Part shown: piece after piece, positions 58,131-64,000 of the stretch | Layout: each line of letters begins with the position of its first letter | Numbering within the stretch: position 1 is the first letter of the stretch | DNA from: Paraspadella gotoi | Taxonomy: Eukaryota; Animalia; Chaetognatha | Direction: 5' to 3' | NCBI GenBank assembly: GCA_051294375.1 | Contig: CM119268.1 | Location: forward strand, 7,369,405 to 7,433,404 | DNA length: 64,000 nt | The notes under the pieces: model-generated | The model's database searches: none | What the model was told of the DNA's origin: nothing | Seen by the model: only the letters and a program-made list of their open reading frames with translations | Translations under genes and position numbers: made by a program

Positions 58131-58636
58131 CTTACTATGATCGCTACACTTTTGTAAACTTTATAATAATTCATAATAATTTTTATTTAAAAAAAAACGG
58201 TAAGTCCCAGCCAAAACTATAAAAGCGCAGTAGTTTTTATACAAAAAAGCGTGACGCCGACGACGACGACGACTACGTCACAAAGAAGCAATACTAAAAC
58301 ATTATAGAGCCTGACCCGGCTTCGCGGTCATGGCTCGATAAAAATGGAAGATGAAAAGAAGAAAATAAAGAGCAAAGAGCAAAGAGGATGAAAATTAATT
58401 ATTTTTAAAATTGATTAGAACGATCGGTGTGGGGGTTGCTCGTTTTGAAGTATATATGTCATTATCTTGTAGGAGTGATGGAGGCCTTAAACCACCAAAG
58501 CCCGTCCAAAGTCAGGGGCAAGATAGCCTATTTATTAAATGAATGGTTAATTTTTATATTGGTTGTACCAATTTCATATACATATTTCTACTATTTTGAT
58601 GAAGCCCAGTACCTCGAAGTCAACAATTACAATTAA

Positions 58637-58700
<64 letters not shown>
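58637..58700. repeat. (GAC)n microsatellite; similar tracts near 32525, 41771, 59160, 60073, 61623 and 63242
   Basis: Read directly. Confidence 0.93.
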
Positions 58701-58701
<1 letters not shown>

Positions 58702-59550
58702 GTGGAGGAGTCAGCGTAGGCAATAATTATTAGAATGCGTTTCGCCCGAAGGAAAAAGTTTTCGAGTTCAAATCCGCACAACTGAGGCTAAGAACGTTTT
58801 GAGTTTAAAGTGAAAAATTCAATGTCGTATTAATAACGAAATTTGAGACAATCAAAAATGTAAAAACCCCGTGTCTGTAATTATATCTTTTCGTTTCCTT
58901 AAATCGCCTGACAATAAAACAAACATCGTAATTAGTTCCAATCATCTCGATTAATTAATATAGACTTTGATTTTTTTTTTTTGTAGTACAATAAGATTTT
59001 TGCCGATGACGGATTTTCGGAGACCAGGACAGCTTGACAGTCTGGCTGACAGCTTGACAATCTCACTATGTTCTAAATAAACAAAGTACGAATTACAAAC
59101 CAAAAAAATGAAGGCAATGGAAACTCGACTGAAATTGAGATAACAAAACAACGACGGTGACGACGACGACGACGACGACGACGATGCCCACGATGACGAC
59201 AATTGCTTCACGAGAGCGAAACCCGGGTCGTGGGCGTGATTATGGAAATGGTTTGGAGTGAGTCCTCTCTCGTCCCTCCCTCTCTTCCTCTTCGTCTATC
59301 TCTCTCTCTCTCCTCGTCTCTTCGACCCGTTCCTCGTTCTGTCTGTCTCTCCCATCTCTCTGCTCATTCAGCTGTTGAATCGCCTCGTTTCTCTGATAAT
59401 CTGTCCCGATTGGCGCCGACTTAGAAGGCGTTTGTCGTCGTCGTCATTGTCGTCGTCGTCGTTGTCTTGATCGTCATCATCGTCCATATCTAGTCGGTCA
59501 CTTATTTAAATTTCTAAATTTTCCCCATCATCTTCCGAGTCGTCGTAATT

Positions 59551-59588
<38 letters not shown>

Positions 59589-59902
59589 GATTTATTAGTT
59601 TTTAAGAATAGAATATTTTCCGCCTTTTTACGTCGTTATTCGCTGTGATGAAATTTTATCTTATTTCATCCTCGGTCAATCAGTCCCTTTGTCCGTCATT
59701 TCACTGACGTTTTATTTCAAATTTCGCGCGAATTAAAGCGAAAGACCGACCGACCGACCGAAAGACGACGAAGACGGATGTTGCCCTCGAAATAGTATTG
59801 GCGCGAAAAAAAGGACTCATCGAATCGTGTGATTCGGGATTTTGTATTTATTTATTACATAATTTGATGTGTTTCATTTTTCTTTTTCGTTCTCATTTCT
59901 GC

Positions 59903-59986
<84 letters not shown>

Positions 59987-61622
59987 ACTAAATGGTGCGA
60001 AAAAACTGCAAATGTGGTTCTTGTCGACGTTTTTTCCGATTTTGGTGTCGCAAGAAGGAATGACGGAACAGGCGACGACGACGACGACGACGACGACGAT
60101 TAGGACGTTGATGACGATAACGACGACGATAGCGAAGACGACGATAGCGACGACGACGATAGCGACGACGACGACGTCTACGTTGGTGACGAAAGAGAAG
60201 AAAACATTAATGACGTCATCGACGTCGAGTGATTGATTAAAGACTCGATTGCAAAAGGAAAAAAGGCAGATGGAAATCGCAGAGAATAACAACGACAACA
60301 AAAACCAAGACAGCGTGGATAACAACAACGAGAATCGTGCAAACAACTAAAAATGGTCATTGAGGGGGCGCCCCTCTGGATTGCTTCAGGGGGGCCTCGC
60401 CAGGGGGGTTCCCCATGGGGCAAACATTTTGGGTCTATTGAAGTGACAAATAGCACCGACCCCGGGGGAGGCGATTCTGAAGAATGACATACTTGAATCA
60501 ACCCAAACGACCCAAATGGGTGTCTCTTAATAAAAGTGAAGGACGTATCTTTACAATTGCTCGACAGATAGATTGTTCCAGATGATATCCGTTTTCCTTT
60601 TGTTCTCGGTATCAATGACAGTATCAGTATCACAGTATCACCAACACAAACTTCTTCCTCTTCATCTCTTGTCATATTTGTCATCGCATGTCAATTGTCA
60701 GCGGTCGAGTTTCGTCTTTCTGGCGTCGACGTCTCAAATTAAAGACGCCATTGATTTCTAGACGTCGCTTCTCATCTTCGGCGTCGCTGATCTTCGTCGT
60801 TATCGTCGTCGTCGTCGACCCTGTCCATTCATAACTAGGAAGTCGCGTCAGTTTAAGTATTTTTCATACAAACATCTGATTATTTGTCGTTTCCATTTCT
60901 TCAACAAATCTATCTCTTCCTCTATCTCTATCTCTCTCATGAAGCTAATCTTTTTCCACATGGTCGTCGTCGTCATTCCAACTGTCGTCGTCGTCGTCGT
61001 GGTCGTCGTCTTTGGTCACCCCTCCGCCCCCCTCGCCACGTGTGAAACAAAGGCCTGTGAGCGACGAGTCGCGCGTCACGAATTTTCACGCAAATTTCGT
61101 CGAAACTCGTGTGAGTTTGATTTTGTCGGAGAAAAGGGTTAATTGGTTATGTTGCGTTTTTTTTTTTTTTAAATCAATTTTAGTTACAAGCGATTTTGTC
61201 TAGATTATTAATCAAAATTTGTTATAGTACGTAGATGTTGATAAAATAAAAAATAAAAACTAACCTAATTTTAAATTTAAGCTGAAACGGGGCCAATTTG
61301 GCCAATTATTCACGAGAACAACACTGATTAAAATTGTCTTCATTTTTTACATTTTTGAATACGACAAAATTAGTTCAAATTATGAAAAGTTTCGGAAATA
61401 ATATTAATAAGCGTTGTTTTGATCTGTGTTCACCTCTTGCAACCACGCCTGGAAAAAAATCCGTTTGAAAATCGATATAAATTTTAGAATTTGAAATTTA
61501 AGGCGAATTTGAATTAGAATTGGACGAAGAAAAAAAGTTGAATTTCAACGAGACGAGGGGAAAAAAATAATGGAAACGTACTAGAAGAAATTCCGAATTC
61601 GCATAAAACGCTGATGACATGC

Positions 61623-61654
<32 letters not shown>

Positions 61655-63239
61655 AGCAACGACGAGGACAATGACGACGACTAGTTTGACATCAAAGATA
61701 ACGACTAGTAGGAAAAAGACTAGCATGATGATGACATCGAGAAAAACGACGAAGATGACAAAGACGATAACGAGGAAAACGACAAGGATAATGATGACGA
61801 CGACGACGAAAACAACAACAACAACGACGACGACCAAAGACGATGACAAGGCATAAAAAAGAACTCGAAGCGAAAGACAAACATCGGCGGAGCTTGCGTC
61901 GGCGTTGGCGGCGTTGGTGTCTGAGTCATCACAAACGAAACTCGCAGCTTCCACTTTGATTCCATCCTTTTTGGGTCCATTTCCTTTCGCACAGCCTGAC
62001 CCCTTTTTTTGAGAGGTGGGGGACGGGGCTTTTGGAACGGGTTTAAATCTAAACTCGGCTCGATCGAAAGTACAAAGTAATGGAGGATCAAAGATTAATT
62101 CTTTAAAAGATAAATTGTACTCAGAATTCAGGACTCGGGACTTAAGACTGAGTACTGGGGTGATTGTGAGAGTCAAACGGTTTTTTGAAATGAACTCCGA
62201 CAAGTCACACGACTTTTTATTTGAATTGTGAATCACCGCGTTGAGTCTGTGAACGAAAATGGCCGATGACTCTAACGAAGATAATAAGTTTGAGAGTGCG
62301 TTAATCGATGAAGACGCGCTGCGGACCGCGTTTCACCGGCAAAAGATAAAATCACCCAAAATTTGAAGCGATATCCAAAAAGAAACGCATGATAAATGGC
62401 GCGGATGAAATAACGTTCGAAAACGGATAAAACGTTCGGTTGTGATTGTTTAAAAATAGCGTCGTTGCCACGTCATAAAAAAAAGTACTTAAAAAGATGA
62501 GAGAGAGCGAGACGAATGTCCCGGGATCTGATGACGTCAGAAAACAAGAGAGAAAAGTGACGCTTTTATTCAGCGAAGCTTCGGTTGTGATTGGAAGGGA
62601 GAAACGGAGGAAGAGGAAGAGGAGAAAGAAGAGGAAAGAAGATGGAGGAAAGGAAAGAGCAGAAGGAGAAGAAGAAGATGGAGATTCCGTGTTGCATAAC
62701 AAAGTATCCCGTCCCACGCCATTCATGGAACGGAGAAAAGTCGGAGACATAAAAAAAATCCTTTTTCCAAAAATATGGGGGGAAAAAATGATTTAGAAAA
62801 TATAAAATTTATTTCGTTCTTCCAAAAAAAAAAANNNNNNNNNNNNNNNNNNNNNNNNNNNNNNNNNNNNNNNNNNNNNNNNNNNNNNNNNNNNNNNNNN
62901 NNNNNNNNNNNNNNNNNNNNNNNNNNNNNNNNNNNNNNNNNNNNNNNNNNNNNNNNNNNNNNNNNNNNNNNNNNNNNNNNGCAAAAGCCGCGAATTCTCT
63001 TCGCCGCTGCCGCTGTGCTGAGTCGACATCGACTGAACGCGACAGGGGAGCCGCCGCGGAGCAGCTGCGCCAGCAGTGCTCGAGACGAGGGGAGAGTCAT
63101 GATGCCACGGATAAGTGACTATCGTCGCCGTCGTCGTTGTCGTCGTCGACTTTCTTCATTTAGCCATTTGTCTTTCTGCACACCGTTAACGTCGTTGTCG
63201 TCGCCTTCGTCTTTGTTTTCATCAATGTCTTCCTTAATG

Positions 63240-63299
<60 letters not shown>

Positions 63300-63963
63300 G
63301 TCCCCCTCGACGTAAGAGAGATTCCGGTCATTCACGCTCATTAAATTTGATTAATCTCGCCCGCCGCTAAGACTGAGATCCTCATCCCATGACGTTCTTC
63401 TGTCTTTTTTACTTTTCTTAATTCTCTTTAGTCCCGCTAGTTCGCATGTAGTATTCCGGGGAAAAGCCGCGTAACAAAAGAGCATCGGCGAAAGACAAGA
63501 AGTTAATCGCGGCGATCGAAGGCAGTAAACATGAGACCAGATTGGACTGAGGAGGAGAGGACAGAAGGGGATGGGGGGCAGGGGAAGTGGGGGGGGGACA
63601 AGGACAATGGCGACAAGGGAGGTAAGTTAAGACGAAGGAGAGGAAGCGACGGAGGGGAAGTAGAAGAAGAGGGGAAAGAAAAACGAGGTCGGAGTTTGAT
63701 GAAAAACAATAAATTCGAGCTGTCGTTAACAGGTAAGGACTAAGGACGTTGCCAGTAATTCAGACAGAGGCAAGAGATTTAAATCATCGGATTAATGTTA
63801 CAATAATACATCGTTCGTTTTTAGCCGGATATGCTGACAGCAGATTCCGCCTCTATAATTAATTTTGTCGGTCAATCGGTGTGCCCCCCCAATTGTGACG
63901 GGCATTCACTTGTATCATGTCAGAACATCGAATTATGATAAATTAAACAAAAAAAATGATATC

Positions 63964-63964
63964 C

Positions 63965-64000
<36 letters not shown>
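63964..64000. repeat. (GTCT)n microsatellite running off the window end
   Basis: Read directly. Confidence 0.9.

Noticed and set aside
59855-63331. Poly-Asp, poly-Thr and poly-Val ORFs suggesting acidic biomineralisation or mucin-like proteins
   Set aside because: Derived from (GAC)n microsatellites, interrupted by stops, with no signal peptide or clear exon structure.

Overview
Eukaryotic, probably invertebrate animal, AT-rich genomic DNA from a draft scaffold. It is saturated with (AG)n, (AAAG)n, (GAC)n, (GAT)n and (AAT)n microsatellites and contains 15 N-gaps. The only gene I can recognise is four spliced minus-strand exons (2196-2050, 1654-1531, 1170-1052, 450-303) of a PHYHD1-like phytanoyl-CoA dioxygenase-family (Fe(II)/2-oxoglutarate oxygenase) gene that runs off the left edge. 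Its HxD iron-binding motif reads QQD, so it may be a pseudo-enzyme or neofunctionalised paralog. The most conspicuous structure is an ~11-12 kb inverted duplication (1086-11950 vs 14340-26764). There are also smaller inverted and direct duplications. Most end at gaps of exactly 25 N, and in most pairs one copy is riddled with small indels. This points to long-read gap-filling artefacts, not biology. One real-looking difference between the big arms is a 663-bp hAT-type MITE with an 8-bp target-site duplication, present in only one arm. Also present are a ~2.9-kb AT-rich satellite with alternating A/B monomers, several minisatellites, a decayed foldback element and a few unassigned ORF or exon candidates. 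Nearly all ORFs in the supplied track are microsatellite read-through. I found no CRISPR array, RNA gene or prokaryote-type system, and no evidence for a novel multi-gene system.
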